A stretch of 64,000 nt of DNA, taken from NCBI GenBank assembly GCA_035300645.1, contig DATGVF010000076.1:59-64058 (forward strand), given 5' to 3'. Both the position numbers and the translations under genes were made by a program. The stretch is from a bacterium (lineage in GTDB: Bacteria; Sysuimicrobiota; Sysuimicrobiia; Sysuimicrobiales; Kaftiobacteriaceae). How positions within the stretch are numbered: position 1 is the first letter of the stretch; every line of letters begins with the position of its first letter. The notes under the pieces are model-generated. The model worked only from the letters and a program-made list of their open reading frames with translations, made no database searches and was not told the DNA's origin. Below are positions 17,408 through 27,084 of the stretch, one piece after another.

Positions 17408-18745
17408 ATGACCAACCATCACGTCGCAGAGGCAGACCTGACAGCTGAGCACCTTCCCGGCGATGCTCGTCTGAGCATTGCGGAACTGGACCAGTGCGTC
17501 CATTGTGGCCTGTGTCTGAATCATTGCCCGACCTACCGTGTCACCCAGCTGGAGCCCGAATCGCCTCGCGGCCGGATCCACTTGGTGCGCGCGGCGGCCG
17601 AAGGCCGCATCGAGCCGAACGCGAGGTTCGGCGAACACATCTACTTGTGCCTGATGTGCCGCGCCTGCGAGACGGCCTGTCCGTCCGGGGTGCAATACGG
17701 CCGCATCGCCGAGGCTGCCCGCGAGGTCTTGGGCCCCCCCGGCGGCCCGTTGGCGCGGACGCTCACCCGGCTGGCTTTCACGCAGCTGTTCCCCTACCCG
17801 CGTCGGTTGCGACTCGCGGCGACGCTGCTGCGTTTCTATCAGCGCTCCGGCTTGCAGTGGTTGGCCCGCCGCCTTCTGCCGCGGCGGTTGCGCGAGATGG
17901 ACGCGATGCTCCCGCCGATCCCGCGGAAGTTCTTTGCCCCGGAGTCCGACGTCCTGCCGGCGATCGGCCCCCGCCGCGCGCGAGTGGCGCTGCTGTCCGG
18001 CTGCGTGATGAGCACTCTCTTTGCCGACATCAACGACGCCACTGTGCGCGTCCTGCGACGTAACGGGTGCGAGGTGGTGATTCCGCGCACTCAAGTGTGC
18101 TGTGGGGCGCTCAACGTGCACAATGGAGAGTCCCATGCGGCCAAGAAGATGGCCCGGCGCAACGTTCGCAGTTTTCTCGACGCCGGAGTCGACGCGGTGA
18201 TCGTCAACGCATCCGGATGTGGTGCAGCCATGAAAGAATATGGGCACTTGCTCCGAGATGATCCGTCCTTGGCCGAGCCGGCCGCGCGCTTCGCGGCGCT
18301 GGTCAAAGACGCGAGCGAGTTCTTGGCCGCGTTGGGGCTGCTGCCCCCGACCGAGCGGATGGAGATGACCGTTACCTATCAGGATCCTTGCCATCTGGCT
18401 CACGGACAGAAGATCCGCAAGCCGCCGCGGCAACTGCTGGCTGCCATTCCCGGGCTGCGACTAGTGGAGATGGAGGGCTCGGATCGGTGTTGCGGCAGTG
18501 CCGGTATCTACAACATCACGCATCCCGAGATGTCGATGCAGCTGTTGCAAGAGAAGATGACCGCCGTCTCCCGTGCCGGGGCGCAGGCGATCGTGGCCCC
18601 CAACCCCGGCTGCATGGTGCAGCTGCGCGCAGGTGGTCTGCGGTACGGGCCAGCTCTTCCCGTGTACCACCTCATGGATTTGCTCGATCGGGCGTATGGG
18701 GACGGGGACGGTAGTTCGTCCCCCTCTCCGGACGCCCGTGAGTGA
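17408..18745 (+). CDS. glcF: Glycolate oxidase iron-sulfur subunit GlcF (4Fe-4S plus CCG domains)
   Basis: CVHCGLCLNHCPTY and CLMCRACETACPSGV ferredoxin motifs; C-terminal cysteine-rich CCG domains. Confidence 0.85.
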   Translation: MTNHHVAEADLTAEHLPGDARLSIAELDQCVHCGLCLNHCPTYRVTQLEPESPRGRIHLVRAAAEGRIEPNARFGEHIYLCLMCRACETACPSGVQYGRIAEAAREVLGPPGGPLARTLTRLAFTQLFPYPRRLRLAATLLRFYQRSGLQWLARRLLPRRLREMDAMLPPIPRKFFAPESDVLPAIGPRRARVALLSGCVMSTLFADINDATVRVLRRNGCEVVIPRTQVCCGALNVHNGESHAAKKMARRNVRSFLDAGVDAVIVNASGCGAAMKEYGHLLRDDPSLAEPAARFAALVKDASEFLAALGLLPPTERMEMTVTYQDPCHLAHGQKIRKPPRQLLAAIPGLRLVEMEGSDRCCGSAGIYNITHPEMSMQLLQEKMTAVSRAGAQAIVAPNPGCMVQLRAGGLRYGPALPVYHLMDLLDRAYGDGDGSSSPSPDARE

Positions 18746-18789
18746 TGAGCTAACGACCCGATGAGATCTCCCGCGGCACGGGAGGGCGC

Positions 18790-20097
18790 ATGGCGCTGAA
18801 GCTGGACGAACTTACCACTGCGCTGCATAGGGCCCTGGGATCCGGGGGGGTGCAGCTGGCCCCGGGCGCGCTGCGAGCGTGTACTGTCGATGGGATCACG
18901 CCCCACGTGCGGATCGCGCCGGCCGACGTTGAGCAGATCGCGGCTGCGCTGCGTCTGTGTGCCGAGCACGAGGCGGCGGTTGTCCCCTGGGGCGGGGGGA
19001 CGGCGATGCACTGGGGCAATGTGCCTCGCCATGCCGAGGTGGCGCTCAGTCTGGAACGGTTGACGGGGCTGGTCGAACACGATGACGCCAACCTGACGGC
19101 GACCGTGCAGGCCGGCGTGCCCTTAGTGTCGCTCCAAGAATTACTCGGGCGACGAAATCAGTTTCTGGCGATCGATGCGGCGCGTCCGCAACGGGCGACC
19201 GTAGGCGGCATCGTGGCCGCCAACACGAACGGACCACGACGCATGATGTATGGAAGCGTGCGCGACTTAGTGATTGGGATGAAGGTGGTCCTCGCGGACG
19301 GCACGCCGATCAAAGCTGGCGGCAAGGTCGTAAAGAATGTCGCCGGCTACGATATGTGCAAACTGTTTGTGGGATCTCTCGGGACGTTGGGCGTCATCAC
19401 GGAGGCGACGTTCAAGATGGCCCCGCAGCCCGAGACGGCCAGAACAGTCATGGCGCGTGGATCGTTCCCCCAGGCGGCCGAGCTCACGCGTGAGGTGTTT
19501 GCCTCGGCGCTCCTCCCGGCCGCCGTGGCCGTCGTGCACGGGGAGGTGGCCGCATCCGCCGGATTCCCGAGTGAGTCGGTGAGCGTCGCCGTGTGGGCCG
19601 AAGGTTTCGAAGAGGCCGTGGTGCGTCATGTCCGAGACGTGACGGGTATGGCCGAGCGCGGGGGGATGGCAGTAGATGTAGTCGACGGCGCGGGGCACCT
19701 CCGGCTGTGGGAGGTCCTGCGCGACTTCGGCGCGGATGGCATGGCCCCCGCCGTCGTGCGCGTGACAGTTCCTCTGGCGGCGGTGATGGATGTGATTCGC
19801 TTCGTGCAGCAGCCACACGATGGGGCGCTGCCCCAGTATGTGGCCCACGCTGGCACGGGTACCGTCTGGCTCACGATCGCCGACGCCGCCTCTGCCCCGA
19901 CGTGGGTCGGCCGTCTCACTACGATGGCAACGGAGCGTCACGGCCACGTTGTCCTGGCGTCCGCTCCGCCTGAAGTGAAGCGCAGACTTGATGTGTGGGG
20001 TCCGCCCCCGCCGACCCTCAGCTTGATGAAGGATCTCAAGCACCAGTTCGACCCCCACGGGCTGCTCAACCCCGGTCGCTTCGTCGCCCGGCTCTAG
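18790..20097 (+). CDS. glcE: Glycolate oxidase FAD-binding subunit GlcE-like
   Basis: FAD-binding PCMH-type domain; position after glcD/glcF. Confidence 0.7.
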   Translation: MALKLDELTTALHRALGSGGVQLAPGALRACTVDGITPHVRIAPADVEQIAAALRLCAEHEAAVVPWGGGTAMHWGNVPRHAEVALSLERLTGLVEHDDANLTATVQAGVPLVSLQELLGRRNQFLAIDAARPQRATVGGIVAANTNGPRRMMYGSVRDLVIGMKVVLADGTPIKAGGKVVKNVAGYDMCKLFVGSLGTLGVITEATFKMAPQPETARTVMARGSFPQAAELTREVFASALLPAAVAVVHGEVAASAGFPSESVSVAVWAEGFEEAVVRHVRDVTGMAERGGMAVDVVDGAGHLRLWEVLRDFGADGMAPAVVRVTVPLAAVMDVIRFVQQPHDGALPQYVAHAGTGTVWLTIADAASAPTWVGRLTTMATERHGHVVLASAPPEVKRRLDVWGPPPPTLSLMKDLKHQFDPHGLLNPGRFVARL

Positions 20098-20105
20098 CGT
20101 CGTCG

Positions 20106-22214
20106 ATGTCGGGTCGCGTCATTCTCTCGCTGGCCATTCACAATCATCAGCCGGTCGGTAACTTCGCTCACGTCTTTGAAGCCGCGTACCAGCAGGCGTA
20201 CCTGCCGATGGCCGACGCCCTCGCGCGCCATCCCGCCATCCGCGTCGGCCTCCATTACAGCGGCCCGTTGCTGGACTGGCTCGCGCAGTCGCATCCAGAC
20301 TTCTTCCCTCGCCTGCGTGCACTGGTCGCCCGCGACCAAGTGGAGGTCCTGACCGGCGGGTATGACGAGCCCATTTTGGCCATCATCCCAGACGCCGACA
20401 AAGTCGGACAGATTCGCAAGCTCACCGCCTACGTGCAGCGACAGTTGGGCACCCGCGCCCAGGGGCTGTGGCTGGCCGAACGCGTCTGGGAGCCGCACCT
20501 GCCCAAGCCGATTGCCCAGGCGGGCGCCGAGTACACGATCGTGGACGACACGCACTTCCTGGCCGCGGGCCTGTCGGACCAAGACCTGGCCGGCTACTTC
20601 GTGACCGAGGAAGACGGCGCGCTATTGAAGATTTTCCCCAGTCTCAAGCGGTTGCGCTATCTGATTCCCTGGCAACCTCCTGATGAGGTCTTGAGGTATC
20701 TGCGGGCCGCGGAGGCCGCTCCCGGCGCGGACGCCCCCGTTCTTCTCATGGGCGATGATGGTGAGAAATTCGGGCTGTGGCCGGGTACCTACGCGCTCTG
20801 TTGGGAGCGTGGGTGGATCGAGACGTTCTTCAGCGCCGTCGAAGCCGCCTCGGACTGGCTCACGGTCCTCCCGCCCGGTGAGGCGGCTCAGCGTCCCTCC
20901 GAAGGTCGTGTGTATTTGCCCACCGCGTCCTACGACGAAATGATGGAGTGGGTGTTGCCCCCCGACCGTGCGGTGGAATTTTCCGAGATCACACACCGCC
21001 TGGCAGACCGCGGCGATCCGGCCGTGCGCTACCTGCGCGGGGGATTCTGGCGGCAGTTCTTGGTTAAATACCCTGAGATCAACACGATGCACAAGCGCAT
21101 GTTGCGGGTCAGCCGGAAAGTTCACGCGATGCGGGCCGGACCGCGGCGCACCCAAGCCCTCGAGGACCTGTGGGCGGGTCAGTGCAACGAACCGTACTGG
21201 CATGGCGTCTTTGGGGGGATCTACCTCCCGCATATCCGGCGCGCAACCTTCGGACACCTAATCGCCGCCGAAGCGTTGGCGGATCGCGGGCGCGCGGCCG
21301 GGACCGAACAGGCTGACCTGGACGGCGACGGTGCCCCCGAAGTCGAGTTGGCTTCCCCGGCGATGGTCATTACTGCCGATCCCCAAGATGGTGGGGGAGT
21401 GGTCGAATGGCAATGGCGCGCGGCCCGCGTGAACCTGGCCAATGTTTTGTCCCGGCGCCCTGAAGCATACCACCGGCAGCTGCAGCAGCGCCCCGCCGTC
21501 GAGTCGAGCACGCCGGGGGTGGAGACGATTCACTCCACCCGGGTGCGCGTCAAAGAGCCCGGTTTAGAGCGGCTGTTGATCTATGATCGCTACCGGCGGG
21601 CAAGTTTTCTGGATCACGTGCTGGCCCCCGACGCGACGGCGGAGGCATTTGCTCGTGGAGAGTATCAGGAGCTGGGCACCTTCGTGACGGGGCCGTACGA
21701 GCCGACGCTGACGCGCGCGGCGAGTGGCGTGGCCGTCGCGCTGGTGCGCACGGGGAGTGTCACTGTCGCCGGCCGCTCTTTGCTGCTGCGAGTCGAGAAG
21801 CAGCTGGCCGTTTCCCGTCGTGCGCCTGAGCTGACAGCATCGTATCGGTTGCACAATCCCGGCAAGGAGCGTCTGGCCGTCCGGTTTGGCGTCGAAACAG
21901 TGTGGGCGGTAACCGATCCAGCATCGCAGATTCTCATCGATGAGCGATCGGCGCCTGCGCGCGAGATCGCGATGGCGCCTCTGGCAGGCGTGGTGCGGTT
22001 CACGGACTGGGGCTGGCCCGCGGCGGTGTCGCTGCGGCTGCCGCCTGGGGAGGTCTGGCTGCACCCGCTGGAGACGGTCTCCAACTCGGAGGCGGGATTT
22101 GAACGCATCTTTCAAGGAGTGGTCTGCCTCTGTCTGTGGGATGTCACCCTGCAGCCTCAGGAGTCGTGGAAGGCTGCGTTGCAATGCGTTCTGGGTGAAG
22201 GGATCAGCGTCTGA
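20106..22214 (+). CDS. Glycoside hydrolase family 57 protein (alpha-amylase / 4-alpha-glucanotransferase type)
   Basis: LAIHNHQPVGNF N-terminal GH57 signature, ~703 aa. Only 9 nt downstream of the glcE stop. Confidence 0.8.
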   Translation: MSGRVILSLAIHNHQPVGNFAHVFEAAYQQAYLPMADALARHPAIRVGLHYSGPLLDWLAQSHPDFFPRLRALVARDQVEVLTGGYDEPILAIIPDADKVGQIRKLTAYVQRQLGTRAQGLWLAERVWEPHLPKPIAQAGAEYTIVDDTHFLAAGLSDQDLAGYFVTEEDGALLKIFPSLKRLRYLIPWQPPDEVLRYLRAAEAAPGADAPVLLMGDDGEKFGLWPGTYALCWERGWIETFFSAVEAASDWLTVLPPGEAAQRPSEGRVYLPTASYDEMMEWVLPPDRAVEFSEITHRLADRGDPAVRYLRGGFWRQFLVKYPEINTMHKRMLRVSRKVHAMRAGPRRTQALEDLWAGQCNEPYWHGVFGGIYLPHIRRATFGHLIAAEALADRGRAAGTEQADLDGDGAPEVELASPAMVITADPQDGGGVVEWQWRAARVNLANVLSRRPEAYHRQLQQRPAVESSTPGVETIHSTRVRVKEPGLERLLIYDRYRRASFLDHVLAPDATAEAFARGEYQELGTFVTGPYEPTLTRAASGVAVALVRTGSVTVAGRSLLLRVEKQLAVSRRAPELTASYRLHNPGKERLAVRFGVETVWAVTDPASQILIDERSAPAREIAMAPLAGVVRFTDWGWPAAVSLRLPPGEVWLHPLETVSNSEAGFERIFQGVVCLCLWDVTLQPQESWKAALQCVLGEGISV

Positions 22215-22381
22215 GGCGGATAAGGGAACCCTAGCAGTCGGCGGTCTCTTCGATCTGGTGTCTCACGGCAGTCTGTACGGTCCCGCGTCCCTCACGTCCG
22301 CATGGGAGGAACTCACTGATTCGGTGGATTGGCGGGTCTCAATCCGGTCGGAGTACGCTCGCTTGGATCGTCCGTGTCGCC

Positions 22382-23653
22382 GTGCTCATGATTCTGATCG
22401 GCGGCCTGTACGAGTACATGGGCCGAACCGGAACGCTCCCGGGACAGAGGATCGGCGGCACGGTCACGGTGTTGGGGGTGTGGAGCGGGAGCGAGCTGGA
22501 GAGTTTCCTCGCTATGGTGAAGCCTTTCGAGGCCCGGACGGGAGTGAAAGTGCAGCTCGAAGGGATTCAGGAAAACGGAGTGCTCACCGCACGCATTCAG
22601 AGCGGGACCCCGCCGGATGTTGCTGTTCTGTCCGCCCCTGTGCAGATGAGGGAATTCGCCCGGGCCGGAAAACTGGTGCCGCTGAACAGCGTCCTGGACA
22701 TGAACGCCATGAGAAGCCAGTACGGGCAGAGCTGGATGGACCTGGCGTCAGTCGACGGGAAAATCTACGGCATCTTTGTCAAAGTCGCGCTAAAGGGATT
22801 GATCTGGTATAACCCCAAGGCGTTGGCGTCTGCAGGCTACACCGTCCCGACCACGTGGGACGAAATGCTGGCTCTGACCGAACGCCTCGCGACCGAGGGG
22901 AAGACGGCGTGGTGTATCGGCCTGGAAAGCAGCGCCGCCAGCGGCTGGCCGGCGACGGACTGGATCGAGGATATCGTGCTGCGCACGGCAGGGGCCAACG
23001 TGTACGACAAGTGGTCCCGCCACGAGATCGCGTGGACTGATCCGGCCGTACGACGCGCGTGGGAGCTCTTCGGCCAGATTGCTACCAACTCCAAGTACGT
23101 GTATGGCAGCCGCTATGGGGCACTGATCACGAACTTCAAGGAATCCGCGATCCCGCTGTTCACCGACCCTCCGGGGTGTTTCTTCCACCATCAGGCCACA
23201 TTCATCCAAGATTTCATTCAGCAGCAATATCCTGCCCTCAAACCAGGGGAGGGCTTTGACTTCTTCGCGTTTCCGCCGATCGATCCGGACGTGCCGAAAG
23301 CGGTGGAGATCGCGGGGGACTTGTTCGGGATGTTCCGCGATACGCCGCAGACCCGGGCACTCATCCAATATCTCACGACGCCCACCGCACAGGCGATCTG
23401 GGTCAAGCGCGGCGGGACAGTGTCGCCTAACCGCCGGGTGCGTCCCGAGGACTATCCCGATCCGCTGGCGCGCCGGGCGGCCCACATTCTGACCTCGGCA
23501 GACGTCGTGCGCTTCGACGCGAACGATCTGATGCCCGAGGCTGTGAACGCGGCGTTTTGGAAGGGGACGCTGGATTACGTTCAGAGTCCGGCGCAGCTAG
23601 ACGCCATCCTCCAGAATCTGGAGCGCGTTTCCCTTGAGGTCTACGGGAAATGA
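22382..23653 (+). CDS. Extracellular solute-binding protein, family 1 (sugar-type ABC SBP), orphan
   Basis: 423 aa, SBP_bac_1-like. No permease genes adjacent. Start uncertain; the hydrophobic anchor continues upstream of GTG 22382 in frame. Confidence 0.65.
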   Translation: MLMILIGGLYEYMGRTGTLPGQRIGGTVTVLGVWSGSELESFLAMVKPFEARTGVKVQLEGIQENGVLTARIQSGTPPDVAVLSAPVQMREFARAGKLVPLNSVLDMNAMRSQYGQSWMDLASVDGKIYGIFVKVALKGLIWYNPKALASAGYTVPTTWDEMLALTERLATEGKTAWCIGLESSAASGWPATDWIEDIVLRTAGANVYDKWSRHEIAWTDPAVRRAWELFGQIATNSKYVYGSRYGALITNFKESAIPLFTDPPGCFFHHQATFIQDFIQQQYPALKPGEGFDFFAFPPIDPDVPKAVEIAGDLFGMFRDTPQTRALIQYLTTPTAQAIWVKRGGTVSPNRRVRPEDYPDPLARRAAHILTSADVVRFDANDLMPEAVNAAFWKGTLDYVQSPAQLDAILQNLERVSLEVYGK

Positions 23654-23732
23654 CCCGCCCGCGCAGGCGCGGACGGCTAAGGCGTCCCCATCCGGTGCCG
23701 GCGAATGATAGGGTCCGCCAAGAACTCAGCAG

Positions 23733-24497
23733 TTAGTGGACTCTCTGATCGGGAGAATCGGGTCCCAGAGTCCGGACCAGACGTCGAAACCGCCGCCGCT
23801 GCCGCCACCGTCGGAACCAGACGATAGGATTCACGGTCCGCCGGTCCTGCTCGCGCACTCGCGCGCCGCGCGACGGTGATCGTCCCCCGCGGGGCAGGAG
23901 CTGTCCGTACCGCCCCCAGCGAAGGAACCACACGGCAACTGCGGGCCCGGCTAAGGCAAAGATCCCTAGTGGGGGGGGAAACGAGAAGACGGTTAAGACC
24001 AAAATGATCAGGCCGAGCCAGCGGGCCTGTATCGGGATGACGAAATACGCCAGGAGCACCTCGGACGGATTCATCGTCGCCCAGATGACCACGATAGACG
24101 CAAGCGGGAGTGCCACGCCGGCCAGCAGCACGTATCGGCCCGTCAGCATGCTGCCTACCTCGATTCCCAAGGCGGAGGTGACTGTGACGAGCGCCAAAAA
24201 CACGACGTACTGTCGGCTGCCCCACGCGCGTTCGAGACTACCGCCGAACAGCCACAGGATGTAGGCACTGAGGAGGACCCAGATAATCTGCCCGCCAGCG
24301 ACCAGAGGATAGGTCAGGAGCGTCCAGGGTTGCTGAAGGAAAGTTCCCGTGCCAAAAACCAATGCGTTTTGGAGGGATCCCGAACCGATAAAGCCGAGCA
24401 GAAATGTGAGCCCGTTGGCGATGATGAGTGCCCAGGTGACCGGACAGTCTCCAGGCAGCGGTTGGCGCCCAGTGGGTCTGTACAATGAACGGACCAT
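23733..24497 (-). CDS. Rhomboid-like polytopic membrane protein; catalytic GxSG/His not evident
   Basis: WLFGGSLERAWGS resembles the rhomboid TM2/L1 region. No clear GxSG or His dyad. Start set at ATG 24497 (MVRSLYRP); the ORF is open to 24626. Confidence 0.5.
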   Translation of the reverse strand: MVRSLYRPTGRQPLPGDCPVTWALIIANGLTFLLGFIGSGSLQNALVFGTGTFLQQPWTLLTYPLVAGGQIIWVLLSAYILWLFGGSLERAWGSRQYVVFLALVTVTSALGIEVGSMLTGRYVLLAGVALPLASIVVIWATMNPSEVLLAYFVIPIQARWLGLIILVLTVFSFPPPLGIFALAGPAVAVWFLRWGRYGQLLPRGGRSPSRGARVREQDRRTVNPIVWFRRWRQRRRFRRLVRTLGPDSPDQRVH

Positions 24498-24659
24498 GCG
24501 ATCTCCGGCGTGGTTCTTCGGCGCGGCGCCAGCCCGAGTCCGATCCCGGTGACCCGGAGCACATTCTCCGTCCCGGCGCGGGCGGATTCTTGGGCAGTGG
24601 TGACGTGAGTGGACGCCTGTCGACACTAGATTATCCCGTCGCCCCGCAGGATGCCAGGG

Positions 24660-24681
24660 GGGATGGGTTCCAACCCATCCC
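24660..24681. promoter_or_regulatory. Perfect 9-bp inverted repeat GGGATGGGT-tcca-ACCCATCCC in a 325-bp divergent intergenic region
   Basis: Sits between the rhomboid-like gene (minus) and otsAB (plus). No U-tract, so a candidate operator rather than a terminator. Confidence 0.3.
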
Positions 24682-24822
24682 GTGAACGATCAGGAAAACT
24701 CTCAACCAGAGGGCGGGACCCCACTAGGCACGGGCCGTGCCAACCTCTCCGGGTACCCGTTGCGATATGCTTGATCACGTCCACGAGGCCCGGCGATCGC
24801 CTTCCGGCGCCAAGGGACTCCG

Positions 24823-27072
24823 ATGATCAACACACGAGCTACTGACATTAGGGCACTCTTGGACGGTCGCCCGCTGGTTGTTGTCAGCAACCGGGAGCCC
24901 TATGAACATCGCCACAGCAGTCGCGGGATCATGGTCCATCGTCCCGCGAGCGGTCTGGCAGCGGCGTTGGATCCCGTGTTGCAAGCCGTCGGCGGGACGT
25001 GGGTAGCTTGGGGAAGCGGGGATGCCGACTTCGAGATCGCTGATCACGCGGGGCATGTGCAGGTGCCGCCGCAGGCACCGGCGTACGCCCTCCGCCGCGT
25101 GCGGCTCCCTGATGCGGAGATCCGCGGGTATTATTACGGCTACGCGAATCAGGCGCTTTGGCCGCTCTGCCACATGGCCACGCAACATGTGCGGTTCGTG
25201 CCGTCCCATTGGGAGGCCTATGTCGCCGCCAACCGTCGCTTCGCGCACGCTACCTTGGCCGAGGTGAGTGCCGGGGCAATCGTGTGGGTCCACGACTATC
25301 ATCTCGCGTTGTGCCCCCGCTACTTGCGGCAGGGAAAACCCGACCTGTTCGTGATGAGTTTCTGGCACATCCCCTGGCCCGAGTGGGAGGTCTGGCAGGT
25401 CTGTCCCCAGCGAGGTGAGTTGCTCGACGGTCTGTTGGCGAATGACCTGGTGGGTTTCCAGCATTCCCTCGATGTTCAGCACTTCCTCGAGTGTGCGGAG
25501 CGCGAACTTGGTGCGCAGGTGGACCGCGAGGAATCCATCGTGGACTACAACGGTCACTTGACCCACGTCCAGGCGTTTCCGATTAGTGTGGACGCCGCGG
25601 CGCTGGAGCGCACCGCACGCTCGCCCGCCTGCGAACGGTGGATCGCTCGCCTGCACGACCAGCTCGCCCTCGACGGGCGCCTGATCGCCGTAGGCGTCGA
25701 TCGGCTGGACTACACGAAAGGAATCCCGGAACGGTTGCACGCGTTGGAGGTCCTGTTCCAAAGCGCTCCGGCGTATCGGGAGCGACTGGTTTTCATTCAG
25801 AAGACCGCACCCAGCCGCACGGAGATCAAGAGCTACCGGGATCTTCAGCAGCGCGTGGAGGAGGAGACTGCGCGCATTAATGCGGCCTATGGCACGCCGC
25901 GCTGGCGCCCGATCATCCATTTGCAGCAGGCCATGCCGCAAGAGGGCTTGGCGGCTCTGTACCGGATGGCGGATGTGTGCATCGTGAGTTCGCTGGCGGA
26001 TGGGATGAACTTGGTGGCCAAGGAGTTTGTGGCATGCCAGGTCGATCAGCAGGGCGTGTTAGTGCTCAGCGAGTTGGCAGGGGCGGCGGACGAGCTGCCC
26101 TGGGCGATCTCGATCAACCCGCATGACGCCAAGGGGTTCGCCGCTCGCATCCAGCGGGCGCTTGAGTTAGAGCCAGAGGACCGTCGGGACCGGATGAAAC
26201 ACTTGCGCACGTACGTGGCGGATCACGACATTTTCCGCTGGATGACCGAGCACCTGCGATACGCTCGACACCTTCTTGCGTCCCGCGTCACCACCCACGC
26301 GGTGCTGGAGAGTGCGGCGCAAATCCGTAGCCGCATCAGAGGTCGGCCGCTTGCGCTGCTGCTGGACTTTGACGGCACCCTCACCCCCATCGTGTCCTCT
26401 CCCGAAGGGGCGATGTTGGCCGGAGGCGTACGGGAGACGCTGTCCAAACTGGCTGGTCGGCCTGATACCTTGGTGGCGGTGATCAGCGGTCGGTCACTCG
26501 AGGACATCCGTCACCGCGTAGGGCTGCCCGAGCTGATCTACGCAGGCAATCACGGTCTCGAAATCGCTTGGCAGGACTCCCTCTGGACGCTGCCCGAGGC
26601 CGAGGCGGCACGGGGGGACGTCGCGGAGGTCTGCCGGAGGTTGCGGGTCCGGTTGCGTCGCGTGGCGGGAGTGATCGTCGAGGACAAGGGGCTCACGGCG
26701 AGCATCCACTTCCGGCTGACGCCGTCTTCTCGCCTCGAAGAGGTGCGGGTCGCGGTCCTTGAGGAAGCCGAGCGTGCTCCGCAGCTTGTCGTGCGAGGGG
26801 GCAAGCAGGCGTGGGAACTGTGGCCGAACGTGGCGTGGAACAAGGGCGCGGCGGCCCAGACGATTCTCGGACGCGCCTTCGGCTCCGAGTGGGCACCGCG
26901 GGTCGCCATAGTCTACCTCGGTGATGACCGGACCGATGAAGACGCCTTCATGGCTCTGCCGGACCCGGCCGTGACCGTGAAGGTAGGAAGTCCCACCTCC
27001 CTGACGGCTGCCCGGTATGTCGCGGCGGATGTGGACGAGGTGGCCCAGTTTCTGGAATTGCTGGCCGCGTGA
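24823..27072 (+). CDS. otsA: Bifunctional trehalose-6-phosphate synthase (GT20) / trehalose-6-phosphate phosphatase (HAD) fusion
   Basis: 749 aa. N-terminal ~480 aa are OtsA-like. The C-terminus has the HAD motif LLLDFDGTLTP and YLGDDRTDEDAF (OtsB-like). Confidence 0.85.
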   Translation: MINTRATDIRALLDGRPLVVVSNREPYEHRHSSRGIMVHRPASGLAAALDPVLQAVGGTWVAWGSGDADFEIADHAGHVQVPPQAPAYALRRVRLPDAEIRGYYYGYANQALWPLCHMATQHVRFVPSHWEAYVAANRRFAHATLAEVSAGAIVWVHDYHLALCPRYLRQGKPDLFVMSFWHIPWPEWEVWQVCPQRGELLDGLLANDLVGFQHSLDVQHFLECAERELGAQVDREESIVDYNGHLTHVQAFPISVDAAALERTARSPACERWIARLHDQLALDGRLIAVGVDRLDYTKGIPERLHALEVLFQSAPAYRERLVFIQKTAPSRTEIKSYRDLQQRVEEETARINAAYGTPRWRPIIHLQQAMPQEGLAALYRMADVCIVSSLADGMNLVAKEFVACQVDQQGVLVLSELAGAADELPWAISINPHDAKGFAARIQRALELEPEDRRDRMKHLRTYVADHDIFRWMTEHLRYARHLLASRVTTHAVLESAAQIRSRIRGRPLALLLDFDGTLTPIVSSPEGAMLAGGVRETLSKLAGRPDTLVAVISGRSLEDIRHRVGLPELIYAGNHGLEIAWQDSLWTLPEAEAARGDVAEVCRRLRVRLRRVAGVIVEDKGLTASIHFRLTPSSRLEEVRVAVLEEAERAPQLVVRGGKQAWELWPNVAWNKGAAAQTILGRAFGSEWAPRVAIVYLGDDRTDEDAFMALPDPAVTVKVGSPTSLTAARYVAADVDEVAQFLELLAA

Positions 27073-27084
27073 ATGGCTAAGAGG

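Noticed and set aside
23654-23732. Terminator between the convergent SBP and rhomboid-like genes
   Set aside because: Only a short CCGCG-cagg-CGCGG stem without a U-tract; too weak to call.
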